This document shows, in pieces, positions 9,943 to 18,970 of a stretch of 62,597 nucleotides of DNA. Both the position numbers and the translations under genes were made by a program. Positions within the stretch are counted from its first letter, which is position 1; each line of letters starts with the position of its first letter. The stretch is from an uncultured Clostridia bacterium (GTDB lineage: Bacteria; Bacillota; Clostridia; TANB77; CAG-508), in NCBI GenBank assembly GCA_963559365.1, contig CAUWKC010000005.1, positions 1 through 62,597 of the forward strand, given 5' to 3'. Under the pieces are notes generated by a model. It saw nothing but the letters and a program-made list of their open reading frames with translations. It ran no database searches and had not been told where the DNA came from.

Positions 9943-10393
9943 AAATTCTTTGTTTTAAGTGATATTCCATTTGACGTTGAGCATCTTTTTTAGCTAAATC
10001 TTGACGTTTATCATAAAGTTTTTTTCCTTTTCCAATTCCTAATTCAACTTTTACTAAACTTCCATTAAAGTAAATGCTAATAGGAACAAGGGAATATCCT
10101 TTTTGTTTGACAAGACCATATAATTTGTCAATTTCTTTTTTGTGCAATAATAATTTTCTATCACGTAAAGGATCTTTATTAAAAATGTTGCCATGCTCAT
10201 AAGGACTGATATGCATACCACAAATAAAAATTTCTCCTTTTTTAAAATAGGCATAACTATCTTTTAAATTAATTTTTCCTGCTCGAATAGATTTAATTTC
10301 AGTTCCACTTAGGACAATGCCTGTTTCTAATTTGTCTTCTATATTGTAATTGTGATAAGCAGTGGGATTTTTAGCAATTAATTTTGAATTCAT
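9941..10393 (-). CDS. smpB: SsrA-binding protein
   Basis: [36 protein letters not shown]. Confidence 0.97.
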   Translation of the reverse strand: MNSKLIAKNPTAYHNYNIEDKLETGIVLSGTEIKSIRAGKINLKDSYAYFKKGEIFICGMHISPYEHGNIFNKDPLRDRKLLLHKKEIDKLYGLVKQKGYSLVPISIYFNGSLVKVELGIGKGKKLYDKRQDLAKKDAQRQMEYHLKQRI

Positions 10394-10482
10394 ATATAAT
10401 ACCTCAATCTAAATTTTATTTATTATATCATAATTTTTCATAAAAAAAAAGTTGTTAAAATCAAATTTTAACAACTTTTTTT

Positions 10483-10890
10483 TTAATTTCTTTCATCATA
10501 ATGTGAAGAACGAATTTGCATAGAATAATACCAAACTAAGGCAATGATTGCAATAGCGGCAACTCCAATAATTAACCAAGTCCAAGCAGTGGCATTCATT
10601 CCCATAAATGTAGTATCAGTAGTTGCAGTTCTAGTAGCAGTGTAATTGTTATTATGATTGTTCATTATAGCATTTCCAACATTATTAGCTCCTTCTTCCA
10701 TACGATTGGTAGCATCTTGAGATGCATTTGTTATATTTTTTGCAGCATCTTCTATTGCATTTTCTGCACCACCAACTATATTTCTGACACCATCAGTAGC
10801 TTCTTGTAATCCATTATTTGCGAAACAAGTAGAGAAAGAAAAAATAGTCATAATAATTACAATTGCTGTGAATAATAATTTTTTGTACAT
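10483..10890 (-). CDS. Small exported protein with C-terminal TM anchor
   Basis: Signal peptide ending TCFA, Asn/Thr-rich middle, hydrophobic C-terminal helix. Confidence 0.75.
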   Translation of the reverse strand: MYKKLLFTAIVIIMTIFSFSTCFANNGLQEATDGVRNIVGGAENAIEDAAKNITNASQDATNRMEEGANNVGNAIMNNHNNNYTATRTATTDTTFMGMNATAWTWLIIGVAAIAIIALVWYYSMQIRSSHYDERN

Positions 10891-11048
10891 AAAATTATCC
10901 TCCTATTATAAAATTAAAATAAGCTTATTAGTTTCCATATATTTGATATGAAAATTAAATACTATTTATAGTATTTAATAAAATAATAAAATTTATACAT
11001 CTGAAAATTAAAAAACTCTCATTTGTTGAGAGTTTTTTAAAAATTTTA

Positions 11049-11462
11049 TTATTTTTTTAAACGAATTAAAATTGCAATAGCTAATAAAATTAAAAGTACA
11101 CCAATCACAATTAATAAAATATTAAGTATACTAGTTAATTCTAAATCAGAATTAGAATTTGTATTCATATCAGTCACAGTAGCTGATGGAGTAGAAGTAT
11201 TGCTAGAAGAAGTCATTGAATTTGAGTTTGTATTAGAACTATTGTTAGATGAATTTGTATTAGTGTTTAATGTGTTTTCTTCTCCGCTATTATTTGTATT
11301 AGTGTCAGTTGTATTGTTGTCTTCCATAGTTGAATTTGTTGTTAAATCTACATTTTCAGAAGAATCATCTGTCATATCTAAATCTACGGCATAACAGAAA
11401 TTCAAATTTAATAATAATAAAATTAAAGTTAAAATTAAAATCATTTTTTTTGTTTTTTTCAT
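11049..11462 (-). CDS. Small exported Asn/Ser/Thr-rich protein with C-terminal TM anchor
   Basis: Signal peptide ending CYA, low-complexity linker, TM helix followed by RLKK. Confidence 0.75.
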   Translation of the reverse strand: MKKTKKMILILTLILLLLNLNFCYAVDLDMTDDSSENVDLTTNSTMEDNNTTDTNTNNSGEENTLNTNTNSSNNSSNTNSNSMTSSSNTSTPSATVTDMNTNSNSDLELTSILNILLIVIGVLLILLAIAILIRLKK

Positions 11463-11616
11463 TTTTTACCTCCATTTAAATTAATTGGTTAATTTCTTTT
11501 GTTCGTATACATGATAACATATATTTATGATGAAAGTCTAGTATTTTTTTCAAAAATGTGATAAAATATTTATGTAACTGTAAATTCAAATGAATTAGTA
11601 GAAAAGGAGAAAAAAC

Positions 11617-12189
11617 ATGGACCAAAAACGGAAGAAAAATATTGATGCAAATGTGAAGTCAATACTAAAGAATTGTTCAGTAGATGAAATACAATTTTTA
11701 GGACTTTTATTGACTGATGTAATTCAAAAAAGCGAGGGTGACATACGAGAATTTAATCAAATAAGCATAATGGAAATGTTACAAGATTCAGAAGAAGAGT
11801 ATTTCAAAGGTGATGAAAATAAATTTTTATCAGAAATTATTTGGAACAAAGAAGAGTTACAATATTTTGTTTCACAAATGCAGAAAAATATTATAAAACA
11901 ATTACAAAGTGAAGAAAATATATTTTCTGATGAAGATATTGAAAAGCTGAGAGATTTTTTTACACTTGAAGTACTAGAGAATTGTAATGCAAATAAAAAG
12001 AATTCACAAATAAGAAAATTAATAATCGCATTATGGTGTGATAGAATTGTTATTTTCGAGGAGTGCCCAGGAATATCTAAAGACATTAATGAATTAATAT
12101 TAAAATTGGACGAAGTATTAAATAAAGCAACATTAATTGGAGGTTTGATAGAAATTCTCGATATTTTGCAACAATATTTGAAATCGTAA
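11617..12189 (+). CDS. Hypothetical protein, 190 aa
   Basis: AAGGAG RBS; codon 5 is an in-frame CGG (11629-11631) and the frame continues unshifted. Confidence 0.7.
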   Translation: MDQKRKKNIDANVKSILKNCSVDEIQFLGLLLTDVIQKSEGDIREFNQISIMEMLQDSEEEYFKGDENKFLSEIIWNKEELQYFVSQMQKNIIKQLQSEENIFSDEDIEKLRDFFTLEVLENCNANKKNSQIRKLIIALWCDRIVIFEECPGISKDINELILKLDEVLNKATLIGGLIEILDILQQYLKS

Positions 12190-12207
12190 AATTCCTAATT
12201 AGGAGCC

Positions 12208-12249
12208 AAAAGAAGAAATGTCTTTTAAATTAAAGACATTTCTTCTTTT
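12208..12249. terminator. Bidirectional terminator
   Basis: Perfect 18-bp stem AAAAGAAGAAATGTCTTT / AAAGACATTTCTTCTTTT between convergent genes. Confidence 0.8.
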
Positions 12250-12262
12250 ATGTTTATTTATT

Positions 12263-14110
12263 TTATAGTTCAATTTTAGGTTCATACCTCTCAAGCCACA
12301 TATTAACTTGACAAAGATATGCCATAAGTTGTGGGCCAGTCATTAATTGACCAAACCAAGGGCGAGAAAAAGCTTTTCCATCAGTTTGAATAATCTCTAA
12401 AATAAAATTACGATTTAATAATGAACAAATAGGGGAATCATTATTTTCTATGATATTATATAACATTTTCTTAACTTTAGCTAAATAATTAGGATTATGA
12501 GTTTTTGGATAAGGTGATTTTTTTCTATTTATAATTTCATCAGGAAGAAAATCTTTTGCTATATAACGAAGTAATCCTTTTTCTCTACCATGCAATGCTT
12601 TCCATTCCCAAGGAATATTCCATACATATTCAGCCAATCTATAATCACAAAAAGGAACGCGAAGCTCGAGTCCATGATACATAGACATTCTATCAGAGCG
12701 ATCTAGTAGAGTTTGCATAAACCAATTTAAAGTTAAATAAGATACTTTTCTTTTTTCTGCTGTTTCAATAGAATCACATTCTAATATTTCAACTTTAGAT
12801 AAACTTTCTTTATAACGAAAATCAACATAATTTTTTAAATCAATTTTTTTAGTAATTTCAGGATGTAATAAATTTTGCCTTTCTGAAAGAGCAATTGACC
12901 ATGGAAAAGTATTGCTTGTTAAAGCATCTTCTCGGAAAAACCATGGATAACCACCAAAAATTTCATCAGCACATTCACCTGTTAAAGCTACTGTCATATC
13001 TTTTTTTACATATTTACAAAATAATAAAAGGGAAGAATCAATATCAGCCATACCGGGCATATCTCTAGCAATCATCGCATCTTCTAAATAAGAAGCAAGT
13101 TCTGGAGTATCAATTACAATTTTATGATGATTAGTATGCAAATTTTTTTGCATTAAATCAATATAATAATTGTCAGAATTAGGCTGAAAATCACTTTTAA
13201 TAAAATTTTTATCATTATCTACATAATCAATAGAATAAGTATTTAAAGGTGCTAATCCTTCTTTTTTGCAATAATCTGAAGCCAATTTAGTAATAATACT
13301 AGAATCTAATCCACCAGATAGAAAAGTACATAATGGCATATCAGAAACCAGTTGCTTTGCTATAGAATCTTTTAATAAAAATTTTAGATGCTCACAAGTT
13401 TCATTAAAATCATCAGTATGTTTTTGAGAAGTCAATTTCCAATATTGTTTTATGTGTAAGCCAGAAGAATTAAAAATTGCAAAATGAGCAGGTTGTATTT
13501 CAAAAATATTTTTAAAAATTGTAGTTCCTGATGTGTGTGCAGGACCAATTCCAAACATTTCAGAAAGTCCCTGCTTATCTATTATTCTGCTAATATCAGG
13601 ATAAGAAAAAATAGCTTTTAATTCAGAAGCAAAAATTAAGGTATCGTTTTGTATTGTATAAAATAAAGGTTTTACTCCAAAATGATCACGTGCTAAAAAC
13701 AATTCTTTTGTTTTAGTATTCCAAATTGCAAAAGCAAAAATACCATTGAGATGTTTAACTACATCATAGCCGTAATGTATATAGCTTTTTAACAATATTT
13801 CAGTGTCAGAATGTCCGTGAAGGGTGTATCCATTTTCTATTAAAGTATTTTTTAATTCTTTTGTGTTATAAATTTGACCATTATAACAAATGACGAAATC
13901 ACCATAAGATGTTTTTTCTAACATTGGTTGTTTTCCACCTTTGGGGTCTATAACGATTAATCGCTTATGTCCCATATGGATATGGGAATCTAAAAAATAA
14001 CCTTCCTCATCAGGACCTCTTTTTACTAGAGTTTGATTCATTTTTTTAATAATGTCTCTATTAGGAGACATTTCTTGTTTTTGATTAATAAATCCTACAA
14101 ATCCACACAT
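12263..14110 (-). CDS. asnB: Asparagine synthase (glutamine-hydrolysing), AsnO-like
   Basis: N-terminal MCG, NGQIYN, LSGGLDSS, GECADEIFGGY, ELRVPF. Confidence 0.95.
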   Translation of the reverse strand: MCGFVGFINQKQEMSPNRDIIKKMNQTLVKRGPDEEGYFLDSHIHMGHKRLIVIDPKGGKQPMLEKTSYGDFVICYNGQIYNTKELKNTLIENGYTLHGHSDTEILLKSYIHYGYDVVKHLNGIFAFAIWNTKTKELFLARDHFGVKPLFYTIQNDTLIFASELKAIFSYPDISRIIDKQGLSEMFGIGPAHTSGTTIFKNIFEIQPAHFAIFNSSGLHIKQYWKLTSQKHTDDFNETCEHLKFLLKDSIAKQLVSDMPLCTFLSGGLDSSIITKLASDYCKKEGLAPLNTYSIDYVDNDKNFIKSDFQPNSDNYYIDLMQKNLHTNHHKIVIDTPELASYLEDAMIARDMPGMADIDSSLLLFCKYVKKDMTVALTGECADEIFGGYPWFFREDALTSNTFPWSIALSERQNLLHPEITKKIDLKNYVDFRYKESLSKVEILECDSIETAEKRKVSYLTLNWFMQTLLDRSDRMSMYHGLELRVPFCDYRLAEYVWNIPWEWKALHGREKGLLRYIAKDFLPDEIINRKKSPYPKTHNPNYLAKVKKMLYNIIENNDSPICSLLNRNFILEIIQTDGKAFSRPWFGQLMTGPQLMAYLCQVNMWLERYEPKIEL

Positions 14111-14131
14111 AATAACCTCCTTATTGTTCTT

Positions 14132-14139
14132 ATTGTATG
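14132..14139 (-). promoter_or_regulatory. sigmaE-type -10 element upstream of asnB
   Basis: CATACAAT on the minus strand about 20 nt before the ATG; B. subtilis asnO is sigmaE-controlled. The -35 element is weak. Confidence 0.5.
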
Positions 14140-14208
14140 CAAAAAAGGATAGAAAATTTATTGATTTTTCAAAAAAAATATAGTAAACTTAAAGAAGGAG
14201 GAGATAAA

Positions 14209-14751
14209 ATGAAACTAAAAAAAGCAATAAAACATTTTAAATTAATCACTTATCATAAATGGATTGTATTTAAATTGTGCTGTAGAATTGGAATTCCTTT
14301 AAGGGGACTTCTTCACGATTTATCAAAATATTCTCCAACAGAGTTTTTTGAAAGTATTCATTATTATGTAGGAAATCATTCTCCTATTACTGAAGCTAAA
14401 AAAGTAAAAGGATATTCAAAAGCTTGGTTACATCATAAAGGAAGAAATAAGCATCATGCAGAATATTGGGTGGATTATGAAACAAAAGAAATATCACCAA
14501 TTATACCATACCAATATGCGGCAGAAATGGTTTGTGACAAATTAGCAGCAGGTATGGTTTATGAGGGAAAAAGATGGACAAAGGAATTTGAATTATCATA
14601 TTGGATGAAGGAAAGAGAAAAAATACAAGTAAATCCTAAAATAGATGATTTTGTAACAAATGTATTGACAGAAGTTGCTGAAAAAGGAGTTAATGAAACA
14701 TTGACTAAAAAAAATATAAAATATTTGTACAAAAAATGTTGTGAATCATAG
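14209..14751 (+). CDS. DUF5662-family (HD-like) protein
   Basis: HFKLITYHK...HDLSKYSPTEF...AWLHHKGRNKHHAEYW; GGAGGAG RBS before 14209. Confidence 0.8.
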   Translation: MKLKKAIKHFKLITYHKWIVFKLCCRIGIPLRGLLHDLSKYSPTEFFESIHYYVGNHSPITEAKKVKGYSKAWLHHKGRNKHHAEYWVDYETKEISPIIPYQYAAEMVCDKLAAGMVYEGKRWTKEFELSYWMKEREKIQVNPKIDDFVTNVLTEVAEKGVNETLTKKNIKYLYKKCCES

Positions 14752-14788
14752 TAGGCTAAAATTCTCAAAAAAACTAAAAAAAGAGGTA

Positions 14789-14817
14789 TTGACAAATTAA
14801 AAAAATACTTGTATAAT
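14789..14817 (+). promoter_or_regulatory. sigmaA promoter of rpmF
   Basis: TTGACA-17-TATAAT. Confidence 0.8.
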
Positions 14818-14891
14818 TTTATAGTGATTTAAAAAGTGAAAAAATTGAAACAGATATAAATCTATATCTAAAGAACAAGGGGGGAATTAAA

Positions 14892-15083
14892 ATGGCACAA
14901 CCAAAAAGAAGATGGTCAAAAGCAAGAACACATAGCAAAAGATCAACATGGAAAAAAGAAAATCCAACATTTTCAAGCTGCCCACATTGTCATGAACCAG
15001 TAATGCCACATAGAGTTTGCAAAAACTGTGGTTATTATGATGGAAAAGAAGTAGTAGCTAAAAAAGAAACTGAAAATGCTTAA
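14892..15083 (+). CDS. rpmF: 50S ribosomal protein L32
   Basis: MAQPKRRWSKART...CPHC...HRVCKNCGYY. Confidence 0.97.
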   Translation: MAQPKRRWSKARTHSKRSTWKKENPTFSSCPHCHEPVMPHRVCKNCGYYDGKEVVAKKETENA

Positions 15084-15087
15084 AACT

Positions 15088-15116
15088 AACGCTTATATCA
15101 TAAAGATATGAGCGTT
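15088..15116 (+). terminator. Intrinsic terminator after rpmF
   Basis: AACGCTTATATC-loop-GATATGAGCGTT followed by a T run. Confidence 0.75.
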
Positions 15117-15130
15117 TTTGCATATTATGT

Positions 15131-15183
15131 TTGACAAATTAGGAAAAATAATATAAAATATCTTAAAAATGACAAGGTGTCAT
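15131..15183 (+). promoter_or_regulatory. sigmaA promoter plus putative TetR operator
   Basis: TTGACA-17-TAAAAT; palindrome ATGACA-AGG-TGTCAT at 15169-15183, just before the RBS. Confidence 0.65.
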
Positions 15184-15198
15184 AAAAAGGAGATATAA

Positions 15199-15798
15199 AT
15201 GCCAAAAGAAACTTTTTATCATTTAAATGTAGAAAAAAGAGAAAAAATAGAAAAAGCTATTCAAAATGAATTAGGAAGAACATCTTTTGAAAAAGCGTCT
15301 GTAAGCCGTATTATTAAAGAAGCACATATTCCAAGAGGAAGTTTTTATCAATATTTTGAAGATAAAGAAGATGCAATTCAATATATTATTAAAAATTATT
15401 TACAATTAGAGAAGGTAACTATAAAAAGAATTTTAATAGAAACAAAAGGAAATCTTTTTGAAACTGCCATTAAAATATTTGATTATATGACCACAGAAAT
15501 GATGGAAAAAGGAAAAATAAATCTATATAATAATATTATACAAGAATTAAAGAAGAATAATATTAGTTTATTCCTTTTACTTAATAAAAAAGAAGAAAGA
15601 GAGCAAATTGACAAATTAATTGATCAATCAATATTAAATATAAATGAAAAAGAAGATTTAATTTATATACTCAAGATATTATCTATTATTACAAGGACAG
15701 CAATTGCAAATGTAACAACAGGAAAAATGCAAAAAGAGCAAGCAATGAAAGAATTAATAATTCAAATTAAAATTTTAAAAAGAGGAATGGAAAAATAG
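15199..15798 (+). CDS. TetR/AcrR-family transcriptional regulator
   Basis: MPKETFYHL...ASVSRIIKEAHIPRGSFYQYFEDKED. Confidence 0.9.
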   Translation: MPKETFYHLNVEKREKIEKAIQNELGRTSFEKASVSRIIKEAHIPRGSFYQYFEDKEDAIQYIIKNYLQLEKVTIKRILIETKGNLFETAIKIFDYMTTEMMEKGKINLYNNIIQELKKNNISLFLLLNKKEEREQIDKLIDQSILNINEKEDLIYILKILSIITRTAIANVTTGKMQKEQAMKELIIQIKILKRGMEK

Positions 15799-15809
15799 GA
15801 GGAGTGTAA

Positions 15810-16340
15810 ATGGAAAAATTTTTAAAAAAATCAAATTGGACAGATATTTTAGTATCAATTTTATTTATTTTGTTTGGAATACTTTTATTAACAAGACCAG
15901 AATTTGTAATGTCAATGATTTCAGTTTTATTAGGATTAATGGTAATTGCAATAGGAGTTTTGAAAGGGATTGACTATTTTGCTTCAGGAAAACAAGATAA
16001 TTTTTCATTATCTATTGCAATTGTATCTATTATTTTAGGAATTATTATTATGTTTTGTGCAGATATAATTCTCTCTATTTTTAGAATTATAATTGCATTA
16101 TGGATTATTTATGGCAGTATTATTAATTTACAAACAACAATTGTGTGGCGAGATTATAAATCTAAATTATGGTTATTGACTTTATTATTAGCTATTGTTA
16201 TGTTGTTAGGAGGTATTTATATTTTAGTAAATAATGGAGCTATGTTACAAATGATAGGAGTAATGATTATTATTTATGGAATTATAGATATTTTGGAAAG
16301 TGTTATTTTTATAAAAAAGATAGATAATTATTTGAAATAA
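15810..16340 (+). CDS. HdeD/DUF308-family membrane protein
   Basis: About six TM helices in a two-repeat pattern. Confidence 0.75.
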   Translation: MEKFLKKSNWTDILVSILFILFGILLLTRPEFVMSMISVLLGLMVIAIGVLKGIDYFASGKQDNFSLSIAIVSIILGIIIMFCADIILSIFRIIIALWIIYGSIINLQTTIVWRDYKSKLWLLTLLLAIVMLLGGIYILVNNGAMLQMIGVMIIIYGIIDILESVIFIKKIDNYLK

Positions 16341-16402
16341 TGAAGAAAAAAGGCTTATAAGTCTTTTTTTTTATGATTTTGTGTCAACTAATGAAGTAAA
16401 AT

Positions 16403-16411
16403 CATATCTTA
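16403..16411 (+). promoter_or_regulatory. Mother-cell (sigmaE/sigmaK-type) -10 element of cotJ operon
   Basis: CATATCTTA matches CATAnnnTA, just upstream of the AAGGAGG RBS. Confidence 0.5.
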
Positions 16412-16430
16412 TAGTGAAGGAGGAAAGAAA

Positions 16431-16796
16431 ATGTTTAGAAGAAATGAAAGAAAATGTTATTGTATGAATAATAGTTATCAAAATAATTCTTGTGAGCTAC
16501 AACATGATATGATAGAACATCAATGTGACCATGTTAATACTCATACAGAATATGAAAATGAGTGTGACTGTGGATTTGATGAAGAATATAATGTGTTTCC
16601 AGAAAATCCAATGTTAGCGCAGAGTTATGTACCAATCCAATATATGGATAAAACTTTTAAACCAATGATTGGATTAAAAATGGGAACTATTTTTCCTGAA
16701 TTAGTAAGTCCTTATGTTCCATGCCAATCTATGGAAGAAATTCAATATATTAAGGATAGCAATAAAATTGGAAAGGGGTGTAATCAATGTCGTTAG
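16431..16796 (+). CDS. cotJA: Spore coat-associated protein CotJA
   Basis: LAQSYVPIQ...GTIFPELVSPY; lies directly upstream of cotJB. Confidence 0.85.
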   Translation: MFRRNERKCYCMNNSYQNNSCELQHDMIEHQCDHVNTHTEYENECDCGFDEEYNVFPENPMLAQSYVPIQYMDKTFKPMIGLKMGTIFPELVSPYVPCQSMEEIQYIKDSNKIGKGCNQCR

Positions 16797-17083
16797 AAGA
16801 AAATAGAAATTGTACTTGTGAATGTAATTGTGAACCTGAAAGAACTGTTGATTGTGATTTAAGAAGAGAAATGATACAACAAATTAGAGGTTATGATTTT
16901 GCTATTACAGAATTAGCATTATATTTAGACACACATCCAAATGATGAAAAGGCGCTTTGTTTACACAGAAAGTATAGTAAACAATTGAAAGAATTAAAAG
17001 ATAAATATCAAAAAGTGTATGGACCTCTTACCATCAAATATCCTTGCAATAAATGGAGATGGTTAGAAGAACCTTGGGGTTAG
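16787..17083 (+). CDS. cotJB: CotJB, 5' part, interrupted after Trp97
   Basis: FAITELALYLDTHPND...YQKVYGPL...WRWLEEPW then G*; the expected PWE ending is found at 25945-25968. Confidence 0.9.
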   Translation: MSLEENRNCTCECNCEPERTVDCDLRREMIQQIRGYDFAITELALYLDTHPNDEKALCLHRKYSKQLKELKDKYQKVYGPLTIKYPCNKWRWLEEPWG

Positions 17084-17099
17084 TTCATTTTGGAAGTAT
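17075..17099 (+). other. attL of cotJB-intervening element
   Basis: TGG core at 17075-17077, then arm TAGTTCATTTTGGAAGTAT (17081-17099). Confidence 0.85.
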
Positions 17100-17301
17100 A
17101 TATATACTCTTTTTTTATTGAAAAATAGCGGAAAGGTAAGTGAGGAGATGTTTAGAAAATTATAGAAAAAATAGAATGATATAGCAATCAGAGTTGATAA
17201 AGTATTTTATAAAATTCATTTTTTATAGTATCTTGATTTTATCAAATTTTTTGTTTATACTTTATATGAATTTATAAAGAAATCAAGGGAGGATAAGAGT
17301 T

Positions 17302-18072
17302 ATGGAAAAAAATATAGATATTTATAATGAAAGTGAAAAATGTATCGTGAAATCAAAAATATTTTATAAAGATGAAAATAATATATCAAAAAAATTTTAT
17401 ATATTTTGTCATGGTTATTGTAGTGGAAAAGGAAGTAACTCTGTTAAAATAGTAGCAAATGAATTATTGAAATATAATATATCTTCTATATCTTTTGATT
17501 TTCCAGGGCATATAGATAGTGTACAAGGTACAGAAAAGCTTACAGTAAAAACATGCATATCATATATAGATTCAGTAATAGACTATATAAAAAATAAGTA
17601 TGGAAATGATACTAAAATTTCTTTTTTTGCTATTAGCTTTGGTGCATACATTTTATTAAATAAACTTATAGGTGATAAAAACAATTATGAAAATATAATA
17701 TTGCGATCTCCTGCATTTAATATGAAAAATATTTTTAAAAATTGTTTGTTAAAAGAATCATTTGAAAGTTATAAGAAAAATGGAAATGCTAAGACAGGAC
17801 ATGGAGGAAAGATAGATGTACCATTTGCTTTCTATGAAGATTTAGTTCAAAATGATTTATACAAAAATTATAAGGAAAAAAGAAAAATACTTATTTTACA
17901 GGGACATTTGGATGATACAGCACCAATAGAAGATACATATGAGTTTATAAAAAATAAACCCGAAATGGAACTTATAGAATTTAAGAATTTAAAACATCAT
18001 ATGGAACCGAATGAAATAAAATTAGTTTCAGAAACATTAGCAAATAGATTAAGATTAAGCAAATTGACATAA
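17302..18072 (+). CDS. Alpha/beta-fold hydrolase
   Basis: CHGYCSGK, FDFPGH, nucleophile elbow FAISFG, QGHLDDTAP, KHHM. Confidence 0.8.
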   Translation: MEKNIDIYNESEKCIVKSKIFYKDENNISKKFYIFCHGYCSGKGSNSVKIVANELLKYNISSISFDFPGHIDSVQGTEKLTVKTCISYIDSVIDYIKNKYGNDTKISFFAISFGAYILLNKLIGDKNNYENIILRSPAFNMKNIFKNCLLKESFESYKKNGNAKTGHGGKIDVPFAFYEDLVQNDLYKNYKEKRKILILQGHLDDTAPIEDTYEFIKNKPEMELIEFKNLKHHMEPNEIKLVSETLANRLRLSKLT

Positions 18073-18168
18073 AATACTAAAAATGATATAATAAAAATGC
18101 AGTTTTATTATATTTTAGCTAATTAAATTTATTAGTTTTTAACTACACTACCATAAGGAGGGAATTAT

Positions 18169-18912
18169 ATGTATTACACGAAGAAAGAAAAAAATGGTAA
18201 ATGGGGATTTGAAAACGAAAAAGGAGAACCAATTTGTGATTTTATTTATGATGAAGTTCGAGATTTTGCAGAAGGCTTTGCAGCAGTACGGATATCAGAT
18301 AAGTGGGGATATGTAAATGCGAAAGGAGAGCAAATTTGTGAAATCAGATATGATAATGTAGGAGATTTTCAAAGTAAACTTGGTGTTGTAGAAAAAGAAG
18401 GGAAAAAATGCTATATAAACACCAATGGAGAAGAAGTAGCTGTTACGAATTTTTTGAATCAAGAAATGGTTTTTGAAGGTTGTAAAAGTTGTTCTATTGG
18501 AAATCATACAATAACAAATTTGCCAGGGGGATACTTATATGAAGATGACTTTATTAATGTAACAATAGACCCAGAAGTTCCAATTAAAGGATTTATAGTA
18601 ATAGGAATCAAAAAACACGTAGCATCTACTACACAGATAACAAGAGAGGAAAGAATAAAAATAGAAGATGTTACAAATAAGGTAAAACTTGCTTTTGAAC
18701 ATTTTGGAGAAAGAAATATTCTTTTATTTGAAGATGGTTTTTCTGAGCATTATAGAAGATGGATTATCCCATCAGCTGACTGGATGTTTCAATTTGGAAG
18801 AGGAAAAAATTTGAAACAAATTACAATGTATGCGAAACAAAATATGACAGAAGAACAGAAAGAAGAATGCCTATTATATGCCCAAAAAATAAAAAAGTTC
18901 ATGGAAAACTAA
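18169..18912 (+). CDS. WG(KWG)-repeat plus HIT-like domain fusion
   Basis: GKWGF/DKWGY repeats, then CKSC...GGYLYEDD...IDPEVPIKGF; the histidine triad is degenerate (HYRRW). Confidence 0.75.
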   Translation: MYYTKKEKNGKWGFENEKGEPICDFIYDEVRDFAEGFAAVRISDKWGYVNAKGEQICEIRYDNVGDFQSKLGVVEKEGKKCYINTNGEEVAVTNFLNQEMVFEGCKSCSIGNHTITNLPGGYLYEDDFINVTIDPEVPIKGFIVIGIKKHVASTTQITREERIKIEDVTNKVKLAFEHFGERNILLFEDGFSEHYRRWIIPSADWMFQFGRGKNLKQITMYAKQNMTEEQKEECLLYAQKIKKFMEN

Positions 18913-18970
18913 TTAGCTAAAATGGGGAGAATATAATATTCTCCCTAAAATTTATAAAAAAGGATGTATT

